Shown in pieces: positions 26,907 through 37,500 of a DNA stretch of 64,000 bases (position 1 is the first letter of the stretch; each line of letters begins with the position of its first letter). The notes under the pieces were generated by a model, which was given only the letters and a program-made list of their open reading frames with translations, did not search any database and was not told where the DNA came from. A program made the position numbers and the translations under genes. Source of the DNA: Candidatus Omnitrophota bacterium (GTDB lineage: Bacteria > Omnitrophota > Gorgyraeia > Duberdicusellales > 4484-171); NCBI GenBank assembly GCA_028692655.1, contig JAQUWY010000001.1:24116-88115 (forward strand). Direction: 5' to 3'.

Positions 26907-28466
26907 ATGAGCGAAATTATCTATCATATTGGCTTGCCTAAAAACGGACGATTAAAATCAATTCCTAAAAATCTTCTCAATGCTTCTTTTAAAAGAATAT
27001 CTAAACTAAAAGATATTGAGAAAACGGGGCCGTCTCTTGTAGTGGTAGATGAAAGCCTTCTCAGAAAAAAAACCAAATTTAATCTCGCCCTTTTAACTGG
27101 TAAAGTTTGTCTTGCTCATTTCAAAGAAGCCAGTAAAAAACATTTCAGCACAATTAAAAAATTTAATTGTTTCGGTTATTTTACTGATCAGGATTCAAAA
27201 ACAGAGGTTTCTTTTAAATTTAAGAGGGCATTGAAGGTCCTTACGTCTGTGCGACAGCTCTATAAAGCAAGGGATGAACTGACCAAAAAAGAAGAACAGA
27301 TCCAAAAAATGACCTTGGTTGACCCTTTGACCGGCTGTTACAACTGGCGCTATTTTTTGAATCGTCTTTCCCAGGAGATAAGCCGCAGCCGCAGGTATCT
27401 TTATAGCGTTTCGTTTGTCGGTATAGACATAGATAATTTCCGCCAGATAAATGAGATTTACGGCGTCAAAGTTGCAGATCAAGTTACCAAAGATTTAGTG
27501 GCTCTTTTGAATAGGACGTTGAGGAAGGAGGATGTCCTTTGCCGCTGGAGAGGGGATGAGTTTTTTATTATCGCTCCTCATATTGAAAGTAAGAATGGCT
27601 ACAGGATGGCGGCGAGGATAAGGAACAAGATAAATTCTTATAAATTTAAGTATCGCAATTTAACAATAAGCATAAAAGCCAGCATAGGCGTTACTTCTTC
27701 TCCGGAAGACAGCCTTTTTAATGCCAGGGATATTGTTGGAGCTTTAAACAGGTGCCTTGTCCTGGCTAAACGCAAGGGCGGAAATACTATAGTGTTGCAT
27801 TCTGAATCCAAATTCAAGTTTATCCGAAAAGAAAAGGATAAAGCTAATGTTGTGGATTTAAGAGGCAAAATCGAGAAGATGAATGTTCTCATGACCAGGG
27901 ATTTTCTTGAAATGATCTATGGATTTGCCCGGGCCATAGAAGCTAAAGATTCTTATACCGGCAAACACGTTGAATATACGGCTGTTTTAGCTGAAGAAAT
28001 AGCTAACAGCTTAAAGCTTTCTAAAAGTGAGGTTGAAAACATTAAGCATGCCGCGGTTTTACATGATTTGGGTAAGGTTGGCATAGATGGCAGTATCCTT
28101 TCCAAAAAAGGCTCTTTGACCGCCAAAGAGAGAAACATTATAAAAACTCATCCTTCCATTGCTGCCGGAATCTTAAAAGATATCCATAGCTTGCGAGGAG
28201 CTGTCCCGGCGATTCTTTACCATCACGAACGCTATGACGGCAAGGGCTATCCGCTGGGCCTCAAAGGAGAAGAGATACCTTTAAGTGCCCGAATTGTTTC
28301 TGTGGCGGACGTATATCAAGCGCTTATTTCCGACAGGCCTTATCGTAAAGGCTTTAGCAGAAAAGAAGCGATACGAATTGTTAAAAGCGAATCCGGAAAG
28401 CAATTTGACCCTAAAATCGTAAAAATATTTGAAAAGGTAGTTAAAAAGATAAATGGCCGAAGATGA
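26907..28466 (+). CDS. degenerate GGDEF domain + HD-GYP domain protein
   Basis: GGDEF-like region DPLTGCYNWRYF...RWRGDEF (first Gly of GG(D/E)EF replaced by Arg). HD-GYP motifs HDLGKVGI and HHERYDGKGYP. Confidence 0.8.
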   Translation: MSEIIYHIGLPKNGRLKSIPKNLLNASFKRISKLKDIEKTGPSLVVVDESLLRKKTKFNLALLTGKVCLAHFKEASKKHFSTIKKFNCFGYFTDQDSKTEVSFKFKRALKVLTSVRQLYKARDELTKKEEQIQKMTLVDPLTGCYNWRYFLNRLSQEISRSRRYLYSVSFVGIDIDNFRQINEIYGVKVADQVTKDLVALLNRTLRKEDVLCRWRGDEFFIIAPHIESKNGYRMAARIRNKINSYKFKYRNLTISIKASIGVTSSPEDSLFNARDIVGALNRCLVLAKRKGGNTIVLHSESKFKFIRKEKDKANVVDLRGKIEKMNVLMTRDFLEMIYGFARAIEAKDSYTGKHVEYTAVLAEEIANSLKLSKSEVENIKHAAVLHDLGKVGIDGSILSKKGSLTAKERNIIKTHPSIAAGILKDIHSLRGAVPAILYHHERYDGKGYPLGLKGEEIPLSARIVSVADVYQALISDRPYRKGFSRKEAIRIVKSESGKQFDPKIVKIFEKVVKKINGRR

Positions 28467-28908
28467 ACTGCATATGCAAAGAGCCCTCGTTCAGGCTCGC
28501 CGCGCGTTTGAAGAGGATGAGGTTCCTGTAGGGGCTGTTATTGTCTATAAAAATAAAATTATAGCTAAAAGTTATAATCAGGTCGAAAAACTCAAAGATC
28601 CTACCGCTCACGCCGAGATGATTGCTATTACTCAAGCCGCTAGTTTCCTCAAATCAAAGTGGCTGACTGATTGCGTGATGTATGTTACTATCGAGCCTTG
28701 TGCTATGTGTGCCGGGGCACTAGTCTTAAGCCGCATAAAGAAATTAGTTTTTGGGGTAAAGGATTCTAAGACCGGGGCTTTTGGTTCAAAGCTTGATATG
28801 AACTCCTTTGGCTTAAATCATCAGATAAAAGTTAAGAAAGGCGTACTTTGTGATGAATGCTCAGCTATCATTAAGAGTTTTTTTAAAGGCAAGCGAAAAA
28901 TAGCCTAA
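28453..28908 (+). CDS. tadA: tRNA-specific adenosine deaminase
   Basis: HAEMIAI and PCAMCAGAL zinc-binding motifs of CMP/dCMP-type deaminases. 151 aa. Confidence 0.85.
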   Translation: MAEDELHMQRALVQARRAFEEDEVPVGAVIVYKNKIIAKSYNQVEKLKDPTAHAEMIAITQAASFLKSKWLTDCVMYVTIEPCAMCAGALVLSRIKKLVFGVKDSKTGAFGSKLDMNSFGLNHQIKVKKGVLCDECSAIIKSFFKGKRKIA

Positions 28909-29118
28909 AACCTGCCATTTATAACCTCCTGTTCAAAACTCCTATTTAGCCTTTAAAACCTTCATTTTAGAAGATTTTTTAACTTTTTTAGAGAAAATAA
29001 GCAGATTGCCTTGAAAAAACAATATAAATATGTTACCTTTTCTACGGGTATGGTTTAGTAATTCCGAACTTGTTGTTAAAAAGCCACGGGTTCGGATTTT
29101 GTTTTTAAGGAGTTTTGA

Positions 29119-29457
29119 ATGAATGCTTTAGAAGAAAGAAGGCAGTTTCCGAGGGTGAAAGTATCGTTTCCGGTTGAATGCAAAACCCTTCCTTCCCGCA
29201 AGTATTTTTATACAGTCAGCAAAGATGTTAGCATGGTAGGTATGAAGATTCTTATTAACGGTTTCATTCCCCGCGATAAGCTTCTGCGCCTGGATTTAAA
29301 CCTTATCGATACAGTTTTGGAATTAAAAGCAAAAATAGTCTGGTGCAATCGCGAAAGAATGTCTGACAAGTATTCAGCAGGCTTACAATTCGTTGAAGTA
29401 GGCCAAGATTGCCGTAAAGCTTTAACCCAGTTTTTAAGCAATGTCTGTCTTGCCTGA
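29119..29457 (+). CDS. PilZ domain protein (c-di-GMP receptor type)
   Basis: RRQFPRVKV (RxxxR) near the N-terminus. DVSMVGM (D/NxSxxG). 112 aa. Confidence 0.65.
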   Translation: MNALEERRQFPRVKVSFPVECKTLPSRKYFYTVSKDVSMVGMKILINGFIPRDKLLRLDLNLIDTVLELKAKIVWCNRERMSDKYSAGLQFVEVGQDCRKALTQFLSNVCLA

Positions 29458-29820
29458 GCCTCAGTATCTATTCTAAAAAACCTCAAAAAACTTTAAAAAA
29501 AGCCCATAAACTAAAAATAGGGGCTTTTTTAGCCCCTATTTTAGGAGAATTGAATGAGTTCGTTTAAGGCCTCTCCCGTGGCTGGCAGTGCCTCTTTACA
29601 CTTAATGTATAAAACAAATAAAGGCAGTTTTCAATACTCTGAGGGTGTGGGTTTGAAAGCGCTTCAATTCCAGCATGCATATGTTTTAAGTCTCTGGCTT
29701 TGCTTATTAAGTCTTTTTTTGATTAATTATAAATATTTTTCTGTTGAAAGAATCAGTTTGTAGTAGTATTATTATTCAATAGATATTTACCAAAAGTCTG
29801 AATACCAAGGGGGGTGGACG

Positions 29821-30129
29821 ATGGTTGAGGTAGTGCATGAAAGGGGAATGAGTTGGAAAACTTTCTTCCAGGTAATTTTACTGATGTGTGCTTTGGGGTT
29901 TCTGTTCTATCTTGTATATCCTAAATATCAACACGGATTTAAACTGCCCTACAGGGCCAATAAGATTACTGGAAAAGTTGAATATTGGATGAATGGCAAA
30001 TGGTATGTACTTAAAGATAAAGACAAGCAAAGTTTGTTCGCTAAACTTGGGAACAGCAATCTTTACAGAATTCCCGGGAAAAAACTTGCTTTAATGAAAC
30101 AAGCTCTTAATAGGCAGGCAGATAAATAG
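29821..30129 (+). CDS. hypothetical small membrane protein
   Basis: 102 aa with one N-terminal TM helix. SD gggggtgg upstream. Confidence 0.3.
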   Translation: MVEVVHERGMSWKTFFQVILLMCALGFLFYLVYPKYQHGFKLPYRANKITGKVEYWMNGKWYVLKDKDKQSLFAKLGNSNLYRIPGKKLALMKQALNRQADK

Positions 30130-30797
30130 CTTTGGTTTTATAACAAGCCGCATTCTTTAGATAACAATATAATGCTTCTGTTCCCGCCGGCCACAGTCCA
30201 CAGTCCACAGTCGATAGTCCACGGTCCACAGACTATAGGATATCCAGGATGAGGTTAAGGTTGAGAAAAACTAAAAAACCAAAAGACAAAAAAACAGAAA
30301 ACTAAAGAACTAAAAACAGAAAAACTGAAAGACCAAAAAACCGAAGAACATAAAAACTAAAAGATTGAAAAACATAAAGAATAGGGAAGTTAAGACCTTG
30401 CCTACCGGCAGGCAGGCGCTAACCGAAAAACGAAAGAACATTTCTTTAGCGGAAATACGGTAGAGATATATGGAAACAAATAGAAATAGATTGTTTGAAA
30501 AAATTCTTCGGGTCACAGGTCGCAAGCCACAGGTATCAGGTAACAGGTTATTTAAAATAACCAATAACCAAGCAACAAGAAACAAATAAATTACAATATT
30601 CAATAACCAAACAGAATGAAAAATCCAAAATCCAAATACTACCAAATCCCAAACAAATTCAAAATCCCAAATCCCAATTTTGGATTTGGTAATTGGGATT
30701 TATTTGGTAGTATTGGCATTATTGGAATTTGGGATTTTTAGCATTTTCGCTCTAACAACTTTGTTATTGAAGATAATGCGTAAGCATTCTGCGAATA

Positions 30798-30890
30798 GGA
30801 GGGGTGGCCGAGCTCGGTTTAAGGCGGCGGTTTGCTAAACCGTTGTACGGTCGAAAGTCCGTACCTGGGGTTCAAATCCCCACCCCTCCG
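30798..30890 (+). tRNA. tRNA-Ser (anticodon GCU)
   Basis: Acceptor GGAGGGG/CCCCTCC. Anticodon stem GCGGT/ACCGT with loop TTGCTAA. Long variable arm GTACGG-TCGAAAGT-CCGTAC. T arm TGGGG-TTCAAAT-CCCCA. CCA encoded at 30891-30893. Confidence 0.8.
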
Positions 30891-31092
30891 CCAATTTAAA
30901 CCTTTGGTTTAAATTGGCGGAGCAATCGATAATCGAAATTCGATTATAAGAGGTTATCGATTGCGGTCAAATTTTAACTATCGATTTTCAGAAAATTGTA
31001 ATCGCTATGCCGACGATTGTACCGAATGATCTAAGATAAACAAATTTCAACACACTGCCAAAAACACAGTGTTTAGTGTATAATAGGGTTAA

Positions 31093-32055
31093 ATGGAAGT
31101 CATTTCAAATTTTATAATTTTCTTCGTTGGCTTGTTGATTTTGATTTTTTCTTCGGGCTGGATGATACAGGCAAGTGTCAAAGTATCCTATCTTTTCAGG
31201 TTATCCCCCTTATTCATAGGTTTAATTTTGGTTGCTTTCGGAACTTCTGTGCCTGAGGCTGGAGTGGGAATAGTGGCGGCTATCCGTAATTACAGAGGCG
31301 TTGCTTTAGGCAATATAATAGGAAGCAATATTGCTAATATTGGCCTTATACTGGGGATTTGTGCTCTTTTTAGGCCGTTGGGTGTAAACAAGAGCATCTT
31401 TAAACGAGAAATGCCAATGATGCTGGCTTCGGTGCTTTTGCTTTTTATCCTAAGCGCTGATTTATGCATAAGCCGCATTGACGGTATTATTTTGCTGGCA
31501 GGTTTTGTAGCTTTTTGTATTATAGCTTATACAGGCGGCAAGAAGTCTTTTGATACCAGCGAAATTGACAATTTTAAACTAAAAAGTTTTCTGAAAAAAA
31601 GCGCCTCAACGCCGTTAGTTCTAATAATTATATTATTGTCATTGTTGGGAGTATTCTGGGGGGCTAACTTAATGGTTAATTCCGGAGTCCTGCTGGCCGC
31701 GGCCTTTGGAATCAGTCCTTGGGTTGTGGGCTTAACTGTTTTTGCTATAGGCACATCGTTGCCTGAACTTTCGGCTTCGCTTACAGCTGCTTTTAAGAAA
31801 GTTCCCAGCATAAGCGTGGGCAATATTGTCGGCAGTAATATTTTTAATATTTTATTTATATTGGGAGTGGTGGCGCTTGTAAGGCCGATCACTATTTCTG
31901 CGGAGATATTTAGTTTAGAGTTGCCGGTATTGCTGATTTATAGCTTGGCGATTTTAGTTGTTATGAGAACCGGTTTTAAGATAACCCGTTGGGAAGGGGG
32001 AGCTTTGCTTTTAGGATATGTAGGATTCTTGGCGGCTTTATTTTTAAAAAGATAA
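31093..32055 (+). CDS. Ca2+/Na+ antiporter (CaCA family, YrbG-like)
   Basis: Two alpha-repeats with GTSVPE and GTSLPE motifs. 320 aa, about 10 TM. Confidence 0.8.
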   Translation: MEVISNFIIFFVGLLILIFSSGWMIQASVKVSYLFRLSPLFIGLILVAFGTSVPEAGVGIVAAIRNYRGVALGNIIGSNIANIGLILGICALFRPLGVNKSIFKREMPMMLASVLLLFILSADLCISRIDGIILLAGFVAFCIIAYTGGKKSFDTSEIDNFKLKSFLKKSASTPLVLIIILLSLLGVFWGANLMVNSGVLLAAAFGISPWVVGLTVFAIGTSLPELSASLTAAFKKVPSISVGNIVGSNIFNILFILGVVALVRPITISAEIFSLELPVLLIYSLAILVVMRTGFKITRWEGGALLLGYVGFLAALFLKR

Positions 32056-32057
32056 AT

Positions 32058-33782
32058 ATGGAATATGTAGTTTTTGCTTTAAAGTATCGACCGGCTGATT
32101 TTGACGGTGTTGTAGGGCAGGAAAATGTGGTTATGTCCTTAAAGAACGCCATAATTAGCAAAAGAGTTCATCACGCTTATCTTTTCAGCGGGCCCAGGGG
32201 AGTGGGTAAAACTTCTTTAGCCAGAATCTTTGCTAAATCCCTGAATTGTTTTGAGGGCCCGAAACCTAAGCCATGTGGGAAATGCCTAAGCTGTGTTGAA
32301 ATCGCCAAAAACCAATCATTGGATGTGATTGAAATAGACGGCGCTTCCAACCGGGGTATCGATGAGATAAGGACTTTACGAGAAAATGTTAAGCTTTCAG
32401 CGGCTCATTCGCGGTACAAAATATATATTATCGATGAAGTTCATATGTTGACTCAAGAGGCTTTCAATGCTCTCCTTAAAACTTTAGAAGAGCCTCCGGC
32501 GCACGTTAAATTTATTTTTGCTACCACTCATCCGCATAAAGTACCACCGACAATATTATCCCGTTGCCAGAAGTTTCAGTTTAACCTTTTGCCGGTGGAG
32601 AAGGTGGTGTTTAAACTTAAAAAAATCGTTGAAGCTGAAAAATTGGATATCAAAGACAGCCTTCTTCATACAATAGCTCAAGCCAGTGGCGGCAGTATCC
32701 GTGATGCCGAATCTTTGCTGGATCAGGTGGTGCCGGTAATTCTTGAAAAAGGTTCCCTGGAAGACGTTTTTTCTTTTCTGGGCATAGTAGACGAAGAGAG
32801 CCTAAACCAGGCTTTGGATAAGATTATAAAAAAAGACTTGCCTTCTTGCCTGGAATTTATCGAAAAGTTATCCGCAGACGGAAAAGATTTGGGGATTTTT
32901 TTAAACGGACTCATTGAACACGCCCGCAACCTTCTTCTGGCAAAGATTTCTCCTAAAAACTTTAAAGAGCTCAGTGAATTGTCTCCCCAGGGCAAAGATG
33001 CTGCCATGGCTTTGACAAAGGTTTCATCTACCGCGGACATATTAAGATTTATAGATTTATTGATAGAGGCCAAAGATCTTTCTCGTACACTCAATACGGC
33101 TCGAATTCCTTTCGAACTTGCCCTCATAAAGTATTGTCATAAACCCGAAACCCGGCAGTCCAAAATACCCGTGAAGAATACTGAAAGTGTTAGTATTCAG
33201 CCTAAAAAGAATTTAGCCGAGAAAATAAATCCGATTAAAAATGTAACGCCGATTGAAGCTTTGGGCAAAGAAATAGACGATGCTGATTTTGATTTGCCGA
33301 TTAATAAGGCTAAAGCCTCTGAATCTAAAGCTGATATCCCGGCGCAAGCCCCGCTGGATTTCGGCCCCGAAGACGATGCGTTATTACCTTTAATAAAAGC
33401 AAGATGGAACCAGATAATAACCTATATACAAAAGGTAAGGGCTGCGATAGCTTCGCATTTGCATTTCTCTCAGCCTGTTTCATCCAGGGGTTGTGTTGTG
33501 ACTATAGGGTTTTTACCGGCCAACTATTTTCATAAAGAAATCGTTGAGACTGCAAAGAATGTCCAATTCATCGAAGAGGCAATGTCAAAGATTATGGAAA
33601 AAAAAGTTGGAGTAAAGTTTGAGCTAAAAGATACTCTCGGAGATTCTAGGCAAACGGATTTTCCCCAGGAAGCTGAAGAAAAGCCAATTCCTGAGGAAAG
33701 TAAGGCGCATAGCGAAGGCGATGATGAATTTTTAAATGATTTACTTGATACTTTTGGAGGAAAATTCCAGACGGAAGAGTAG
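32058..33782 (+). CDS. dnaX: DNA polymerase III subunit gamma/tau
   Basis: Walker A GPRGVGKTS. Zn module CGKCLSC. DEVHML. ATG at 32058. The track ORF begins at 31989. Confidence 0.85.
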   Translation: MEYVVFALKYRPADFDGVVGQENVVMSLKNAIISKRVHHAYLFSGPRGVGKTSLARIFAKSLNCFEGPKPKPCGKCLSCVEIAKNQSLDVIEIDGASNRGIDEIRTLRENVKLSAAHSRYKIYIIDEVHMLTQEAFNALLKTLEEPPAHVKFIFATTHPHKVPPTILSRCQKFQFNLLPVEKVVFKLKKIVEAEKLDIKDSLLHTIAQASGGSIRDAESLLDQVVPVILEKGSLEDVFSFLGIVDEESLNQALDKIIKKDLPSCLEFIEKLSADGKDLGIFLNGLIEHARNLLLAKISPKNFKELSELSPQGKDAAMALTKVSSTADILRFIDLLIEAKDLSRTLNTARIPFELALIKYCHKPETRQSKIPVKNTESVSIQPKKNLAEKINPIKNVTPIEALGKEIDDADFDLPINKAKASESKADIPAQAPLDFGPEDDALLPLIKARWNQIITYIQKVRAAIASHLHFSQPVSSRGCVVTIGFLPANYFHKEIVETAKNVQFIEEAMSKIMEKKVGVKFELKDTLGDSRQTDFPQEAEEKPIPEESKAHSEGDDEFLNDLLDTFGGKFQTEE

Positions 33783-33834
33783 CGTTCGTATATAGTATGT
33801 CGTATATAGCATTTCGCATATAGGATATCGTGGG

Positions 33835-34200
33835 TTGCAGATGGAGAAGATAAATAGCTTTAAGCAGTTAAAAATTTGGCAAAAGGGAATTGAGATTGTC
33901 AAAGACATATATAGCATTACAGAAAAATTTCCCAATAAAGAGACTCGCGGTTTAATTTCGCAGATGCGAAGAGCGTCCGTATCTATACCGTCTAATATAG
34001 CTGAAGGTTTTAAGAGATATCACAATAAAGAATATAAGCAATTTCTGTTTATTGCTTTAGGCTCTTGCGCGGAATTAGAAACTCAGTTTATCATTTCAAA
34101 TGAGCTCAGGTATATAGACAAAATAAATATGGAATTCATTTGTGAAAAATTAGACCATCTTTCAAGAATGGCTACGGTTTTAATTGGTAAACTCAAATAA
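33835..34200 (+). CDS. four-helix-bundle protein (23S rRNA IVS protein family), copy 4
   Basis: FPNKETRGLISQMRRASVSIPSNIAEG...LGSCAELETQ. Likely ATG at 33841. Flanked by an 18-bp perfect inverted repeat ttcgtatatagtatgtcg / cgacatactatatacgaa. Confidence 0.8.
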   Translation: MQMEKINSFKQLKIWQKGIEIVKDIYSITEKFPNKETRGLISQMRRASVSIPSNIAEGFKRYHNKEYKQFLFIALGSCAELETQFIISNELRYIDKINMEFICEKLDHLSRMATVLIGKLK

Positions 34201-34247
34201 CCATCACGCTGTGCACGACATACTATATACTATATACGAATTAATCT

Positions 34248-34847
34248 ATGGGTTTTAACAAAGCATTTAATGATTTAGCAAAGAGTTTTTCGAAATTTCC
34301 CGGCGTGGGCAGGCGCAGCGCCGAGAGGATGGCTTTTTATATCCTGAAAATGAAGCCTGAAGAGGTTAAAGATATGGCTCTAAAGATGGAGGAAATCCAT
34401 AATCACATAAAGCCTTGCAGCTTATGTAATAATTTTTCAACCAAAGATATCTGCTCTATCTGTTCTGACCCAAAAAGAGAGAAAGACGTGATATGCATTG
34501 TGGAGGAGCCCAAAGATATAATGGCAATTGAAAAAACTTCCCGTTACCGGGGGCTTTACTATGTCCTCTTAGGTTCTATTTCTCCCATAGAAGGCATAAA
34601 TGCTGAGAATCTTAATTTGCAAAAGCTGATTAATCGTCTTGAAAAAAAGGAGATCAGAGAAATCATTATTTCTACCGACCCAGATAACGACGGAGAAATT
34701 ACCGCCCAGTATCTTATCAAATTGCTTTCTTCTTACGATGTGAAGATTTATCGCATAGCCATCGGCGTCCCTCTGGGTACCCAAATCGAATATATTGACT
34801 CAGCTACCCTCGGCCAGGCCCTTACTGAAAGAAAGGCCATTGCCTGA
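34248..34847 (+). CDS. recR: recombination protein RecR
   Basis: Zinc finger CSLCNNFSTKDICSIC. Toprim domain. 199 aa. Confidence 0.9.
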   Translation: MGFNKAFNDLAKSFSKFPGVGRRSAERMAFYILKMKPEEVKDMALKMEEIHNHIKPCSLCNNFSTKDICSICSDPKREKDVICIVEEPKDIMAIEKTSRYRGLYYVLLGSISPIEGINAENLNLQKLINRLEKKEIREIIISTDPDNDGEITAQYLIKLLSSYDVKIYRIAIGVPLGTQIEYIDSATLGQALTERKAIA

Positions 34848-34954
34848 AAAATATTCTTTAAAATCATAATCCCATTGCTTTAAGGAGAGTTTCCAGATAT
34901 AATAAATACAGGTACTATATTGTATAAGGCTTAACCGTTAAATCATTCTAAGAG

Positions 34955-36286
34955 ATGCCGGAAAAAAAAGAAAAGTTGTTCATAATAGACACCAACGTCA
35001 TTCTGCATGATTCATCCTGCATTTACCAATTCGCCGAGAATAACATCGTCATCCCGATTACTGTCTTAGAAGAGCTTGATAAATTTAAAAAGGGCCATCA
35101 GACAGTAAATTTAAATGCCCGCCAATTTCTTCGCGCTCTGGACTCAATAAACGGAGACCGTATCTTTGATGAAGGGGCAAAGATAAGCCCTGAACACGGC
35201 AAGATAATCATTAAGCTGGATAGAAATTTTGATGATAAATTTGCTTTAAGCTTCTCTCCCAGCAATCCCGATCATCATATCCTTAATACCGCCTATTGCC
35301 TGACTAAAGATTATCCCGGAGAGCAGGTTATCCTGGTATCAAAAGACGTTAACCTGCGCATGAAAGCCAGGGCTTTGGGTGTGAAAACAACTGATTATAC
35401 AACCGACCATGTTAAAGATATCTCCGACCTTTATACCGGTTACCGCGTGCAGGAAGGGGTTTCTCAGGAGACGATCAACCGGCTGTATAAAAAGCCTTTC
35501 GAGATTGATTCTTCTGAGGTTGGCTTTGACAAAGAATTATCTCCTAATGAATATATTATACTGCGCAACGGAAAACATTCGGTGCTCACGCGCTTTGAGC
35601 ATGCTAAGAGAAAAATAAAACATGTTGATAAGATTTATGCCAACGGCATTGCTCCCCGTAATGCCGAGCAAATCTTTGCTTTGGATGCGTTAATGAACAA
35701 TAAAATTCAACTAGTTACTTTAACCGGTAAAGCCGGAACCGGTAAAACCCTTCTTGCTTTAGCCGCGGCTCTTGAGAGTAAAAAAGCTTATCGCCAAGTT
35801 TTTCTGGCCCGGCCGGTAGTGCCTTTGAGCAATCGGGATATAGGGTTTTTGCCGGGAGATATTGCTGATAAACTAGATCCTTACATGCAGCCCTTGTTTG
35901 ATAACTTAGGTGTTATTAAAAATGAATACTTGGGCTCAGACATTCGCCACCAGCAGACAAAGAACCTGTTAACAAAAGAGAAGCTGATTATCGCTCCTTT
36001 AGCTTACATCAGAGGAAGGAGCCTGGTAAATATTTATTTTATCGTCGATGAAGCCCAGAACTTAACACCCCATGAAGTTAAAACCATAATTACCCGTGCC
36101 GGGGAAAATACCAAGCTTGTTTTTACCGGCGATATCTTCCAGATAGATCACCCGTATTTAGACACCTATTCTAACGGCCTAAGCTACCTGATTGATAAAA
36201 TGCGGGGCCAGAGGCTTTACGCTCACATAAACCTTGAGAAAGGTGAGCGTTCAGAATTGGCTGATTTAGCCAGCAATATACTTTAA
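34955..36286 (+). CDS. PhoH-like ATPase with N-terminal PIN domain (YlaK-like)
   Basis: N-terminal PIN (FIIDTNVILHD). Walker A LTGKAGTGKTLLA. PhoH-family C-terminal region. Confidence 0.8.
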   Translation: MPEKKEKLFIIDTNVILHDSSCIYQFAENNIVIPITVLEELDKFKKGHQTVNLNARQFLRALDSINGDRIFDEGAKISPEHGKIIIKLDRNFDDKFALSFSPSNPDHHILNTAYCLTKDYPGEQVILVSKDVNLRMKARALGVKTTDYTTDHVKDISDLYTGYRVQEGVSQETINRLYKKPFEIDSSEVGFDKELSPNEYIILRNGKHSVLTRFEHAKRKIKHVDKIYANGIAPRNAEQIFALDALMNNKIQLVTLTGKAGTGKTLLALAAALESKKAYRQVFLARPVVPLSNRDIGFLPGDIADKLDPYMQPLFDNLGVIKNEYLGSDIRHQQTKNLLTKEKLIIAPLAYIRGRSLVNIYFIVDEAQNLTPHEVKTIITRAGENTKLVFTGDIFQIDHPYLDTYSNGLSYLIDKMRGQRLYAHINLEKGERSELADLASNIL

Positions 36287-36304
36287 CAAAAGAATAAAGC
36301 TATT

Positions 36305-36886
36305 ATGACTGCTGAGGAAATTCAAAAACTCAACCAGGAAATTCATTCTTGTCAGAAATGTCCATTGGGTGCAACCCGCACAAACGCGGTTCCCGGACAA
36401 GGAAACCTGAACGCTAAGGTTATGTTTATCGGAGAAGCCCCCGGTGCCACAGAAGATGCTCAAGGCATACCTTTTTGTGGTAAGGCCGGAGGAGTCCTTG
36501 ATGAATTGCTGGCGATTGCCGGGTTAAAGAGGGAGGAGATATTTATCGGCAATATTTTAAAATGCCGTCCGCCTAATAACCGCAACCCTCAAGAAATTGA
36601 AATAAAAACCTGCACTCCTTATCTTGATAGGCAAATTGAGCTTATTAAGCCGTCTGTTTTATGCTGTCTTGGGAATTTCTCAACCGGCTATATCATGAAG
36701 AAGTTTTCTCTTGGAGCAAAAGTGCAGGGGATAACCAAAATCCACGGAAAAATCTTCCTCAGTGATGTAGCTTACGGAAAGATAAAGATAATGCCTTTGT
36801 TTCATCCGGCAGTAGTAACTTATGATATGAGTAAGAAGAGCGTCCTCGCCGAAGACTTCCGTCTGTTGAAGAATATACCGAAGTAG
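36305..36886 (+). CDS. uracil-DNA glycosylase, family 4
   Basis: CQKCPL Fe-S Cys. GEAPGATED motif A. FHPAVV motif B. Confidence 0.85.
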   Translation: MTAEEIQKLNQEIHSCQKCPLGATRTNAVPGQGNLNAKVMFIGEAPGATEDAQGIPFCGKAGGVLDELLAIAGLKREEIFIGNILKCRPPNNRNPQEIEIKTCTPYLDRQIELIKPSVLCCLGNFSTGYIMKKFSLGAKVQGITKIHGKIFLSDVAYGKIKIMPLFHPAVVTYDMSKKSVLAEDFRLLKNIPK

Positions 36887-37003
36887 ATAAGAGCAGGTTG
36901 AGGCAGAGGTAGAGGTTGAGGAAATTCCAAATTCAAATATTGCCAAATTCCAAATAATTTCCAAACCTCAATTTCCAAAGCCTAAACGGATTCAATTAGT
37001 TTA

Positions 37004-37222
37004 CTACTTAGACTGTGCTGCCAGAACTATGCAAATGACAGATAAAATTACTCCGATGATAAGAGCTGGCCAGCCTAAAGGCATAAGATAATTTGCTAGA
37101 AGTATTCCCAGGCCCAAGCCTACAAGAAGTTTTGAAACCGCAAAAACAATAAACATAGGTTCAGATAGCTTTTTGACTCCGGCGATAAGGTTTTTCATAC
37201 ACCCTCCTTTTTTCAAGTCCAT
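37004..37222 (-). CDS. hypothetical small membrane protein
   Basis: 72 aa with two predicted TM helices. Weak evidence. Confidence 0.3.
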   Translation of the reverse strand: MDLKKGGCMKNLIAGVKKLSEPMFIVFAVSKLLVGLGLGILLANYLMPLGWPALIIGVILSVICIVLAAQSK

Positions 37223-37462
37223 AAAAGGCCACCAATCTATTATACTACGAAATGTAAGGGGGAGAAGCTGGAAGTTGAAGATTGTGTGGGGAAGGGTTTC
37301 GTACGGAGACCTCGACGCTTACTCAGATATTTCGTTTTCGGTTACTCAACCTAGCTCGCCTTTGGCGAATCGTTTTGAAAATAGAAAATCGACATTAGAC
37401 CGCAATAGAAAATTTTTCCTTCAATTTTCGATTCTCTATTTTCTATTGCTCTGCTTCATAAA

Positions 37463-37494
37463 AAAAGCCCGCATTTCTGCGGGCCTTTTTATGA
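37463..37494. terminator. bidirectional intrinsic terminator
   Basis: aaaaaaagcccgc-atttct-gcgggcttttt. Lies immediately 3' of the minus-strand tRNA-Asn. Confidence 0.6.
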
Positions 37495-37500
37495 AGCCAA

